64,000 nt of DNA from Eledone cirrhosa (taxonomy: Eukaryota). The translations under genes were made by a program, and so were the position numbers. Every line of letters begins with the position of its first letter. Positions within the stretch are counted from its first letter, which is position 1. Below the pieces are notes generated by a model, which was given only the letters and a program-made list of their open reading frames with translations, ran no database searches and was not told the origin of the DNA. Positions 53,081 through 64,000 of this stretch are shown one piece after another. The DNA lies in contig OZ024743.1 of NCBI GenBank assembly GCA_964016885.1, positions 90,830,001 to 90,894,000 on the forward strand, in the 5' to 3' direction.

Positions 53081-53477
53081 ATGCGAGAATGAAGAAAATA
53101 CACAGGCAAGAAAAGAATATACAGGCTACTATATGAAGTAGTAATGGCATTCAATTAGAACAATAACAACAATTACAACAATGCTATTAATAAATTATTT
53201 AAGGAGATCCTGACATTACTTAGGTGGGGGTATATAATGTATCGAACGTTACGGCGTGTAAAACTAGCTGTCATGAGGGAAAAGTAAGCGTTTGGCATGT
53301 ACAGAGTATCGAAGTGTATATCAATTTTAAATTATAAAGATAAGCTAGTGTTTACAGTCTTTCTCTTCATCTTCAATAGTATACATGAGTGGGACAACAC
53401 TGTCAAAGCTAAATAGTTGTTGAGTTAATACAGAGGTTAACGAAGTAATATACGCATATATTTACGCCCCCCCCCCC

Positions 53478-53543
<66 letters not shown>

Positions 53544-54175
53544 GCATGTGTACATAGACACATACATACACATCAATATACACTCGTACAAAAATATACA
53601 TACATGCAAAGAGATAAGCGTGCTAATTGTAATTATGGCAAAAGGAAGGTAAAGTTACATTGTAGTAGTGATTTAAGAAAAACTAGGATTTAGGATCAAA
53701 TGATGGCAGCAGCTGAGAAGTTTGTGGGTAGATGAGGTACTTACAGACAATTGTGTGGCGAATTGTAATAATCAAAATCCCCAATCAAAATTTTTGACAA
53801 CATTCAAAAATGAGTTCCTATTGTATTGACGAAAGATAACTCTTGTCTTACTTAATCACGAAAATTGACACAAATAACCGAAACTGTTTTAATGTCTCCA
53901 AAGGCCCCAATACCGGTTTTTTAAAGCCTTTGTAGATCATTTACAGGTTTTTTGCAAGGAGAAGCTCTGTAAAAAATTTCAAAGAAATCGCATTAATGGT
54001 TTAGAATATATGAGCCCTCATTAAAAATTGTCCACACACACATACACACACATACAGAAAACTAGATTTGTATATATATATATACAGATAATTAAGATTG
54101 GTGTGGTCATACACGGAGATGTTATAAAATAGGATGAAGACCCTTAAAGACGGAAAAACAAGTTGCCATCAGCCA

Positions 54176-54519
54176 TTCCCGCCGAGGTTAACTTTGCCGA
54201 TAAAATAAAGCACCAGTAACGTACTGAGGTCAATTTAATCGACTTTCCCCTCCTCCAAATCACTGGCCTTGTGCCTATAGTAGAAATCATTATTATTATT
54301 TCGATTGGAAGTATGGGTAGAGCGTCGGACACCTTGCTTCGTGGCATAGAATTACGGCCCTTTACGTTCTGAGTTCAAATCCTGCCGAAGTTAGCTTTGC
54401 CTTTCATCCTTACGGGGTCGATAACATAAAGCACCAGTAATACACTGGGGTCGATCTAATCGACTTTCCCCTTCACCCAAAATTATTGGCTTTGTGCCTA
54501 AATCAGAAATCATTATTAC
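54176..54519 (+). mobile_element. Two head-to-tail tRNA SINEs
   Basis: Same family; both end gaaatc(att)n. Confidence 0.85.
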
Positions 54520-54524
54520 TGTAG

Positions 54525-54672
54525 TGTGTAGTGTGCATATTGGTATTATACGCACATATTGCATGTGTAGTGTGCATATTGGTATTATACGCACATATTG
54601 CATATGTAGTGTGTATATTGATATTATACGCACATATTGCATATGTAGTGTGCATATTGATATTATACGCAA
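54525..54672. repeat. 39-bp minisatellite, about 3.7 copies
   Basis: Unit gtagtgtgcatattggtattatacgcacatattgcatgt. Confidence 0.9.
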
Positions 54673-55349
54673 GTATATATGCATGTAGATATGATACATC
54701 AAATATAATCGTAATTGACAATATACACAGAAATTGAACGAAGACTGCGTTACACTGTCTTATGTAATCAGTAACGTAATCCATGATACATTAAAAAAAG
54801 ACGATATTATATATAAACTGCATTAGGAGAAAATTAGTGACGGAAATATATGAATGTTTATTTAAGCGATCGCTAACCGTAAGTGTTGACATTTGAAAAT
54901 TTTAAAGAAGTGAATCTTTAACTAAGCAATAAAATATATTTAATCAAAAGCTACGAAATTTGGTAGATAAATTATGTAATATTCATTCATTATTTATTCA
55001 AAATAATCAAACTTATTTTACTAATGGGATAACAAATTATATTCTGGATGCAGTCCCACACTCCTTACTTCATTAAAGTTTAGATCCTACACTTCACTCC
55101 ATGCTCTACTGCTCACTGTGCTCTATTTAGGTGTGTCTCTGATCATTCCTTTATCGATCGCCTCCAGCCCTATCTGAGTCCTTGCAATATCATTTCTGCA
55201 AATGATTTCCAATGACTGCCATAACACAGATAGGGATTCATTTAAAATAACTTCTTTGTTATGTAGGGGAGGGCATGTTTTTTTTTTGAAAAACAAGCAA
55301 GTGACTATGACGTGTGGCGAATTGGCTGAGTCGTTAGAACGTTCTATAG

Positions 55350-55642
55350 CAGTGGTTCCCAACTTCTTGTGCACCATGCCCCACCCAACATCTAAAAAAT
55401 TGTTATCTCCCCCTTTGACATGAAAACAGCAATAATCAACTGCAAAGTGTAAACAAATTGGTATAAGTGGTGCCAAATACAAAATAACATGGAGGTGAGA
55501 CAGGGAGTTTCTGACAGTAATGTGTACCAAAGTTGCCTTGGTATAAAAGTAATAAAGTAAAACCTGAAGTTTTTTCTCATTGACATCATTTTCAAATGGT
55601 CCCCTTAAATATTCAAATTGCCATATTGGGAATCACTCACTG
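55350..55642. mobile_element. hAT-type MITE inserted into a tRNA SINE (about 55315-55770)
   Basis: TIR cagtggttcccaa / ttgggaatcact(cactg); 8-bp TSD ttctatag/atctatag. Confidence 0.75.
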
Positions 55643-55807
55643 ATCTATAGATTACTTAGAGGTATTCGTTCCGGCTCTCTGTATTCTTTGAGTTCATTTC
55701 CTGCAGAGGTCAGTCAACTTTGTCTTTCAGCCTTTCGATGTCGAAAGAATAAATGTACTGGGGTAGATACTTCCTCTATATCTCTTTCTCACTTCTTCAC
55801 TGTTACC

Positions 55808-55874
<67 letters not shown>

Positions 55875-56235
55875 TCTGGAGAGAGTGTATGGACTCTGCT
55901 GTGTTTAACGTGCCTATGACGCGCCGTATATCACGATGGATCCCCTACGATTATATCAAGGATTACGGGTACAAGAAAGAAGAGAAAAGGACCCTGAGCG
56001 AGAAAAATGAAAGAAAAGAAGAAAAGAAAAGAAAAAAAAAACGTTATGACGACAATCCTCCAAAAGCAAAGAAAAATTTGAAAATAATTATATTTAAACA
56101 AATAACTGTTCCTTCTAAATATGATCCTGCATATTTTCAATGCTATTTTAATTAAGTAATTTCCTATAATACCTATCCTGAAGAAAGTGTTTCTGTTACT
56201 CCGTTTCCAATGTTATATCTCTGAAACCACAGCAC

Positions 56236-56265
56236 ATAAACGGAAATAAATAAATACTATAAATA
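56236..56265 (+). promoter_or_regulatory. Candidate core promoter of gene B
   Basis: ATAAACGGAA followed by TATAAATA, conserved with gene A. Confidence 0.55.
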
Positions 56266-56361
56266 CTTCATACAAATTTTACCGATTCACTTTCTACATT
56301 TTGATTCTTTTCTTGCTAACAAGCAAACCTCTGTCGAGTTTTGAAGAAAATACAAATCAAG

Positions 56362-56452
56362 ATGAAGGTGATGAATGTAATATTTTACCTGGCTCTAATG
56401 TTCTATCTAGGAAGATGTGTCGTTGTGAAAATGGAGTCTCACTTAACTGAAG
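56362..56452 (+). CDS. Gene B exon 1 (signal-peptide-like)
   Basis: MKVMNVIFYLALMFYLGRCVVVKMESHLTE G|gtaagt. Confidence 0.82.
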
Positions 56453-56762
56453 GTAAGTAATGCTTAACCCCCATACAGAAGATACGAAGGTCAGTTCAAA
56501 TGCTCATAAGTTGACTAAGGCACTCTCATGGAATGACCAAATAAGGTTTATTTTTCAACATTGTCCCTAGAAAGAAATAATGCCAATATTAATAGGAAGA
56601 ATTGAAATTAATGCATGCAAGGTTTCACAGCTCTAGCATCACTCCTTCATAGTCAGCCTATGAACCTTTCAGCCCTCTATCGTAAGTGCTGCTTGACACA
56701 AACAGACACGGACACCCACTCACGGCGAGATGCACGCACACACGCACTCACAGGGAATCGCA

Positions 56763-56833
<71 letters not shown>

Positions 56834-57002
56834 GGACACACACACACACACATACGGACACATACTCACATCGGACAAAACTTTTTGCGGTTTGATAAAA
56901 TAAAGTACCAGTTAAGTACTGGGGGTCAGTATAATCAACTTTTCCCACCCCAACCCTAACTTGTTGAACTTATAACTAAATCAGAAACAATTATATTTAC
57001 AG

Positions 57003-57221
57003 ACGAAACTGCTGCAGTTAAAAATATGTTGGATGAAATGTTTGAAAAGATCCAGGTTAAACGAATGATCGAGAATAACATAGCAGATATCGAACCTCAA
57101 AGCGAACAATTGATTACCGAAGATCCCGAAAATAGTGAATTACAAAATGCAGGCAGAATGAGCTGTAGTTGGAGGAAAAATATAGGAGATTGTTGTGTAT
57201 ATCTAACAAATTTGCCGAAAA
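57003..57221 (+). CDS. Gene B exon 2
   Basis: tatatttacag|AC ... AAA A|gtaagt, 219 nt, phase 1-1. Acidic region followed by SCSWRKNIGDCCVYLTNLPK. Confidence 0.82.
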
Positions 57222-57521
57222 GTAAGTGGTATTTGTTATATTTGCCTTCTCAATATATTTTCGAACATCGAAATCATATAGCAGTATAAATATGTCAGTG
57301 AACAGGTCGCTGGTAGTGCGACGAAAATTTTGACATTAAAACATAAATAATATATATGTATAAAGTAAAGTTGACAGTTTTTGTGTGTTTTTAAATGAGT
57401 AGAATGATGACTCTTCCGCGCAGGAAATATTTTAGTTTCAACACTCGGTCTCAGATGAAGCCACTTGCCAGACAAATACAACTCCGAAATTATATTTAAG
57501 TATAAGAATGAAGATGGTAAT

Positions 57522-57772
57522 TGTGGTTAGAAAAAGCTATCTCACTTACCGCTTTTCATAGGCGCCGCTAAATTCCACTGCTGGTCTCTCCTCTTCCACG
57601 TGCGTCCAACTGCTTAACGCCGGGAGCTGCCAAAACTCGCGTCCACACCGTTGCTGGTCACCACTAGAGAGCCCCTCTGCTGGCCGTTCCGGTCGAGTAT
57701 CCTTCCGGCCAAGCACCCTTCCGGTCGAGCACTCCCCCGCTTCCGGCCACCGCACGCCACACCATACCCCCC
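57522..57772 (-). repeat. 3' LTR
   Basis: Two substitutions versus the 5' LTR; the inner end merges with a C-run. Confidence 0.9.
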
Positions 57773-57785
57773 CCCCCCCCTGATC

Positions 57786-60573
57786 TCAAGGATCAATTTC
57801 CCCCTCGTCCTTCTGCATATGAAGGTCTACTGTCCAGGTTGGTGGTTTACGACTTCTTTGCGTTCTCCGCAGTGTTGGGACAGCACTTTGGGTTTCCTCT
57901 TCCTCGGAGTCCGTTGACACAGTGATTCTACGGACATCCAGGACATGACGTGGTACTCCGTCCACGGACACATTGTTCTGGGAATTTACGGCCGTCACCG
58001 TTCCCCTTACCCATTGAGATGTGCAACGTGCGTCTGGGGGCTTAACCCAGACTTCTTCGCCCACCTGCACGAATGCACTCTCTCTCCCCACTGGCCGTTG
58101 TGGTGGCGTGCACGGGTGCCGCCACTCGTTACTGAATACTGCTCTGTGTGGCACCGATTCCTCGACCTGTCCCACCCGAGGGGACATGTTGTACCAGAAC
58201 ACTGCCTCCATTAGTGAGATATGGCCCCACTCCGCCATTGCCTTGATCGTCCGGTGGTGTCGCTCCACAATTCCATTCCCGCTCGGCCTGTGCGCTGCTC
58301 TGAAGAAACGGTCCCCCTTCCATCCATCGAGCATCTCCCTCAGCGCCTCCGAGCGGAATGCTGCGCTGTTGTCCATCAGCAGTTCGTCCACAGGGCTCCG
58401 CTCCAAGAACACCTCTCTCAACGTCCGCATGATTTCCTCGGCCGTTCCAGTCTTCATCTCCCTCCATATTGCCATCCGTCCTGGTCCACAGTCGACCATC
58501 GAGAGGTACGTTCCCTGTCGGTAGTGCGTTACATCCACCGCCAATCGCTTCCAGTCGCGATCCACCGGGAGACTTCCCGTTTCGTGTACACCCGGGGAGG
58601 GATCAATGGACTGACATCGGATGCAGCCTCTAACCACCCTTTGAACACTGTGTCTGTTAACGTCCGAGTCGATTCTCCTGGCTAGGAACAGGCTCCTATC
58701 CACGCCTATGTGGTGCATGTCATGCAACCCTTTCAGATCTGACTCGGTCAGCCGACACACGGCAGCTATCTCATCTTCTACCTCCTCCGGCGCTTCCATC
58801 CAGGCTTTCTTCACCCTAGTTAAGACGTCCGCCCTATTTTTCTCTGAGGGCACGAAAACTACGCTCAGCCTCAGGTCGAACTCGGTGGCCAGCTCTCCTA
58901 AAGTTCCCAGGCCGCGCTTTATCAGCATCTCCGCCGCCCCTCTCGTTCGCACTCTCTTCTCACTGGTGAGCACTGATCTCACCCATCCGAGTACAGTAGC
59001 CGAGTCGGTGCGTATCTCGATGGTGCGCAGTCCCCACCTCAGGGCGAGGTTCACCCCTCTCAACACTGCGTCCAGTTCGGCCACATTGATGTGGCTGCAG
59101 TCGTCCTTCTTTCTAAGCCAGGCTGCATCCTCGACCTCAACACCTCCTATCTCCAACGTGACACCCAGCGCTATGCTGCTGGCATCGCACCATACGGTCC
59201 CGCTCTGTGATTTGGGAACATACCAGTGTCCCCGCACTGGGTCGTCGGCCTTCACCCTCCCCACGATCTCCTGCATCATGGCCACCGTCCTCTCTCCCAC
59301 TCTGTCACTCCAAGTCACTCCTCCCGCTCGTCTCTTGACATAGCTGCATGCTGTCCGAAGCCACCCAGCAATCGGGTGGTGACCCACCAACTTTCCACAC
59401 ACCGAGAAAAGCTCCCGCCTACTCATACTTGGGCCCAGTTCTGGAACTTCATTTCCCCTCTGGAATACCAAGACGCCCGTCTTGTCTCGCCGTAGCCTAA
59501 GTCCCAGCGCGGCTCCTCCCTCCAAGCTTCTGACGGCTTCGCAGCCAGTCCATACCCCTGTAAATGGCTCGTGACCTCCGCCGCCGACACCACAGACTCG
59601 TCCACTAGGATGTCGTCAATATAGGAGTTAGTGGCCATCTTCATCTTGTCGGCCTTTCCCAGAATGGTCTTGAGGACCACCGCCATGATCTTCGGTGCGG
59701 AGCTCAGCCCGAAACCGAGCCTGGTCAGGCAATATGTCCGGACCTTATACCTGACCAGCTGATACTGCCAGAGCTTCTCATCTATATGCAATTGCAAGTA
59801 TGCTGACTTTAGATCTACGATTGCTGCAGTCATGCGTCTCCACTCACGCAGGGTTTCCCCACAGACATCCGTGACCTCGCCACTCGTGTGGCATGACACG
59901 TGCTCGTTCAGCTCCTGAAAGTCCAGCACCGGCTTCACCTTGTTCTTCGTGGGTTGCGCCACCGCCATTAACGGCAATACTCCGCACTTCACCTCCTCTT
60001 TCCAGGGAAACAGTATGCCCTCCTCAATCCATCTCTCTACCTCTAGCTCGAACTCGCTCCTAATGTTTCCCTTCAATGTGTGTTGATAGCAGCCCGCTTT
60101 GGTTTTCAGTGTTGGTGTTTCTCCCTTCCAGTACCACTCAACAACCCATCGCTGCCCATCGAACACGGCCTTGAAGTCTTTGTCCTGCACAGTGTAAGCG
60201 GGGTATTTCTCCTCGTGGGCCTTCTGGTTCTCGTACTCACAGCGCATACCCATGCAGCGGCGCCAAACGACACACCGACGTTGTTCACTGTGACGCCTCC
60301 TAGACGGCCAATTGCGTCCATGCCCATAACCACGCCGATCCCATCCAACTCGTTGTCAACTACAATGGCAGAAAGCCTTATTTTCCTTCCCCGTACCGCT
60401 ATTTCTATCTCACTGCGACCTCGGCATTCAATTTTCCTGCCGTCGACTGCCCTTACGCTGCTCTTCCCTCTCCACCTCTGCGCGACCCCCGCGGTCACCA
60501 GTGTCGTCGTACAGTCCGTGTCCACGAGGGCTCGCTGTGGCTTTCCCTTCACGAAGACTTCCACCACGGGCAC
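57786..60573 (-). pseudogene. Gypsy pol (protease, RT, RNase H, integrase), two frameshifts
   Basis: ALVDTDC; VDLKSAY, LGFGL, YIDD; WCDAS, NVAELDAV, TDS; HHCC; AVDVT, MDN, NGIVER. Confidence 0.9.
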
Positions 60574-60578
60574 CGCCT

Positions 60579-61319
60579 CTACTCGTAAGGGGCAACTACC
60601 GGCGCAGTAGTTCCCCTTGGATCATTTCTCTGGTCGCAGTTAATAGCGATGTGGCCTGGTCGCTTACACCGGTAGCATATTATTTCCGGCCTTGACTCTC
60701 TGCAGTCTCTAGCCATGTGCGGGCCCTGGCACCGAAAACAGCGACCGCGTGCCGTGGTTGCCTCCCTTTCACCATTTCGCTGCCAGCTGTCTTGAGCCTC
60801 TGTAGTTGCTATCGCCGCGACACTCTTCTTGGCAGCTTCTGCTATGATCCGGGCTTGTTCCACCAGTGAACGCATTTCCATTTCTTTGTAACCCGGGACT
60901 TGCTGCAGTTTCACCGCTATGTCGTCTGGAAATCCATTTATGAACGCCAACCGCACCGTGCGTTCGCATTCCACCTGATATCCAGCCAACATAGCCAATC
61001 GCCGTATTTCCGTTGCGAAAATGTCAACACGTTCACCGTTCCATCTAATTCTTGCCAGCTTAGCGAAAGCGGCTAACGGTCCTTCTGCGAATGCTTCTAT
61101 CATGCGCCTCTCAATCTTTTGCGCATCTCTTTGGCTGTGTTCGTCCAACTCAAGGAAGAGTACCAACGCGTCCCCCTCGAGGTACAGTGCCATGAGGTCA
61201 GCCACATCTTCTATCTTCTGCAAGCTTGCGACCAGCCGGACTTTTCGCAGCCAAGCGACAACATCACCTTCCCCGGTAAATGCCCTGATAGCTTCGCTTG
61301 TTCGTAGTCTTGTCGCCAT
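60579..61319 (-). CDS. Gypsy gag with two CCHC zinc knuckles
   Basis: CFRCQGPHMARDC and CYRCKRPGHIAINC. Confidence 0.9.
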   Translation of the reverse strand: MATRLRTSEAIRAFTGEGDVVAWLRKVRLVASLQKIEDVADLMALYLEGDALVLFLELDEHSQRDAQKIERRMIEAFAEGPLAAFAKLARIRWNGERVDIFATEIRRLAMLAGYQVECERTVRLAFINGFPDDIAVKLQQVPGYKEMEMRSLVEQARIIAEAAKKSVAAIATTEAQDSWQRNGEREATTARGRCFRCQGPHMARDCRESRPEIICYRCKRPGHIAINCDQRNDPRGTTAPVVAPYE

Positions 61320-61430
61320 CTTCTAATTTGTCTTGCGGTACGTGATAAAAAAACAAAACAACAGACTCCTCTCTGTTTTTCCAGTAGCTTTTTTAAAAAT
61401 CAGATCTCAGTTTCCAGTGGCGAAATAGCT

Positions 61431-61681
61431 TGTGGTTAGAAAAAGCTATCTCACTTACCGCTTTTCATAGGCGCCGCTAAATTCCACTGCTGGTCTCTCC
61501 TCTTCCACGTGCGTCCAACTGCTTAACGCCGGGACCTGCCAAAACTCGCGTCCACACCGTTGCTGGTCACCACTAGAGAGCCCCTCTGCTGGCCGTTCCG
61601 GTCGAGCATCCTTCCGGCCAAGCACCCTTCCGGTCGAGCACTCCCCCGCTTCCGGCCACCGCACGCCACACCATACCCACA
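61431..61681 (-). repeat. 5' LTR
   Basis: Direct repeat of 57522-57772. Confidence 0.92.
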
Positions 61682-61802
61682 GTAATCACGGGGCGGATGT
61701 TGGACCTGCTAGAAATAGCAGCTAAACCCCCTTTAAGTTACACATTATCCCCTCAAAAATCGGATGGTCAAGATAGAAGTCATATATATATATATATATA
61801 CA

Positions 61803-61843
<41 letters not shown>

Positions 61844-62515
61844 TATATACATATATATATATTTATTAAAATAACAGATTAAAGTTTAAGCAAAGAATCG
61901 TTGCTTTCACCCTTAACGGGATCTTCTGAAACTAACAAAGTCAATCTGTAAACGCAGAAGTGGATATTTTAAAAAACGTTGCAACCGGAGGAAGACAGGA
62001 AGACGATACTTTGGTCCGTTTTAGGTATGTTTTCCTGCTTGGTACGGGTATGTTCTTTGTAGAAATATTCAGATGTTGTTTCTGCATGATGAATATAAGT
62101 CAATAGAGTGCTCAACCGAGGGAGCCAAATAGTAATAATAATAAATTTGAAGACTAAAATCCAAAGAGGCCTCGATAAGGATAAATATATATCAAATATA
62201 TAAGAACCGTAGAGCAAATATTTATTATTATTACTATATATTATTATTATTACTATATATATATATAAGTATGTATAAGTATGTATACGTACATACATAT
62301 ATGTGTACAGACGCACAGTAGTATGTATATATATACATACATGCACACATATATATATATATATATATATGTACATATTGGTTTATCGAACATTTATTAT
62401 AATGTTCGGTTTGTTTGTAAACAAACAGCCCGAATTACGCCGTACAGTGCTCGGCAACCATCGCATTCTTATGCATATTAACGGTGAGCAACCTAATTTG
62501 CATATCGAGTGAGTT

Positions 62516-64000
62516 AGTCGCCTGGTTTGGATGGTCTGCCCTATGAACTTTACGTACAGATGCCAGACTTGTTCGGAGGCCTCTTGGCGGACGCCTACTG
62601 CAACTGGCAACAGAACGGGAGAATTCCCAGCTCTGTGAGCCGAAGAGCGGTGGCGCTGCTGAGAAAGGATCCGAACAAGGGGGATAACATAGATAATTTC
62701 AGGCCCATAACTCTGCTAAACACAGAGTTCAAGATTTTGGGCAAGGTGCTAGCAAAGAGGTTGGCGCTTGTTGTTGGTGGTCTGGTGGGAGAGGCGCAGA
62801 CATGCGCCATTCCCGACAGATCCATCCACGACAATCTCCACCTCATGCGATACATCGTGGAGAGGGTAGCTAGGGAACCTAGCACGGGTGGGTCCTTGAT
62901 CAATTTAGATCAGTCGAAGGCTTTCGATAGGGTCGACCATCGTTACCTAGCGGCAGTCCTGAGGGCGGCTGGCTTTGGGCCCGTCTTCAGAGGCTGGATC
63001 GCTGCCATGCACAGCGACATCTGCTCTGTGGTGAGAGTGAACGGTCACCTTTCGGAACCGTTCAACATTATGCGCTCGGTCCGCCAAGGATGTTCCCTCT
63101 CGTCCCTCTTGTACGTATTGACTCTCGAGTCATTACTGCACAAACTGGAGACGTTGAGGGGGATCCCGCGCGAACTAGGATGCGGAAGATCCGTGTCCGC
63201 ATATGCGGACGATGACACCGTAGTGGTGTCGAACGCCAAACACATCGAGGCGATCGGCACTACACTAAGAGAATACGAAGCGGTGACAGGAGCAATGATC
63301 AACCAGGAAAAGTCAGTGGGCCTGCAGCTCGGCACCCGGAGAGGCAGGTCCATGTCGTCCAACAGCATCGTCGGGCGCTGGACGGACGGACCGGTTAAAT
63401 TGCTAGGGGTCTGGTTCGGTCCGGACCTCCAGACGGACAAAAACTGGGACAAGGTGACGAGCAGGGTGGCTTCTCTCACCCAAAAATGGACGGAGAATAA
63501 GCTATCCCTGAAAGGTCAAGTGGAGGTGGCTAACGAGTACATCGCGTTCGTCATCTACTACCGCCTGACCGTCGTACCTTGTCCTAAGCCCCGCCTGACT
63601 GCGCTGGAGCGTTTGCTCTTTCGCTTTTTGTGGAAGGGACGCGCTCCGATGGTCAGGCGGTCCATCTGCTATCAACACCCGCTACGTGGGGGCTGGGCAT
63701 TCCGTGGCTGATGATGCGCAGACACGCGCTCAGGCTACGAGATCTCCACCTCTTCCTCGACGGTGATCAGGTGTGGTCGCCGTTTGCTAGATGCGTCTTT
63801 CCTCAGCTCGTCTCCTTGACGGAACTGCAGTCCTGGGTCAAGCGAAGACCGAGGGGGAGCGCTTGGAGACTGGAATGTCTTCAGGCGCTCACAGCCCTCG
63901 ACCAATCGGGCAATGTGATCGGTGGAAACTCCACCTTGGCGTTCTATAGAGGATTAGTGGAGGGGAAGAGCGACGACGTACTTGGGGAGACTCGAGGCGT
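62516..64000 (+). mobile_element. 5'-truncated Tx1-type LINE RT region (runs off the window)
   Basis: SPGLDGLPYE, DQSKAFDRVDH, VRQGC, YADD; closely related to ORF2 at 35282-36673. Confidence 0.92.

Larger units (their letters stand above)
57522..61681 (-). mobile_element. Compact Gypsy-type LTR retrotransposon (4.16 kb) in intron 2 of gene B
   Basis: About 251-bp LTRs (TG...CA), 5-bp TSD GTAAT, domain order gag-PR-RT-RH-IN, G-rich PPT. Confidence 0.95.

Overview
Repeat-saturated, AT-rich animal genomic DNA. The repeat inventory and (TA)n density suggest an octopod cephalopod, which is an inference. I read two divergently oriented paralogous host genes for small secreted Cys-containing proteins by hand from splice signals. 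Gene A (minus strand, 4 exons, 47476 to 3008, about 193 aa) spans most of the window; gene B (plus strand) has exons at 56362-56452 and 57003-57221, with the rest probably beyond the window. Their introns contain three kinds of Penelope-like elements (PLEs), Tx1-type LINEs with (ATT)n tails, a tRNA-SINE family sharing the Tx1 3' end, R4/Dong, CRE and APE-LINE fragments, Helitron pieces, mariner/pogo/hAT MITEs and a young 4.2 kb Gypsy element. The strongest unannotated signal is more than 20 type I hammerhead ribozyme motifs, most in short elements bordered by (TA)n. Several sit in fold-back structures, including a 310-bp retrozyme-like array that inverts exactly at the predicted ribozyme cleavage site and a 519-bp hairpin with a hammerhead at its apex. 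All calls are by-eye; no database search was run.
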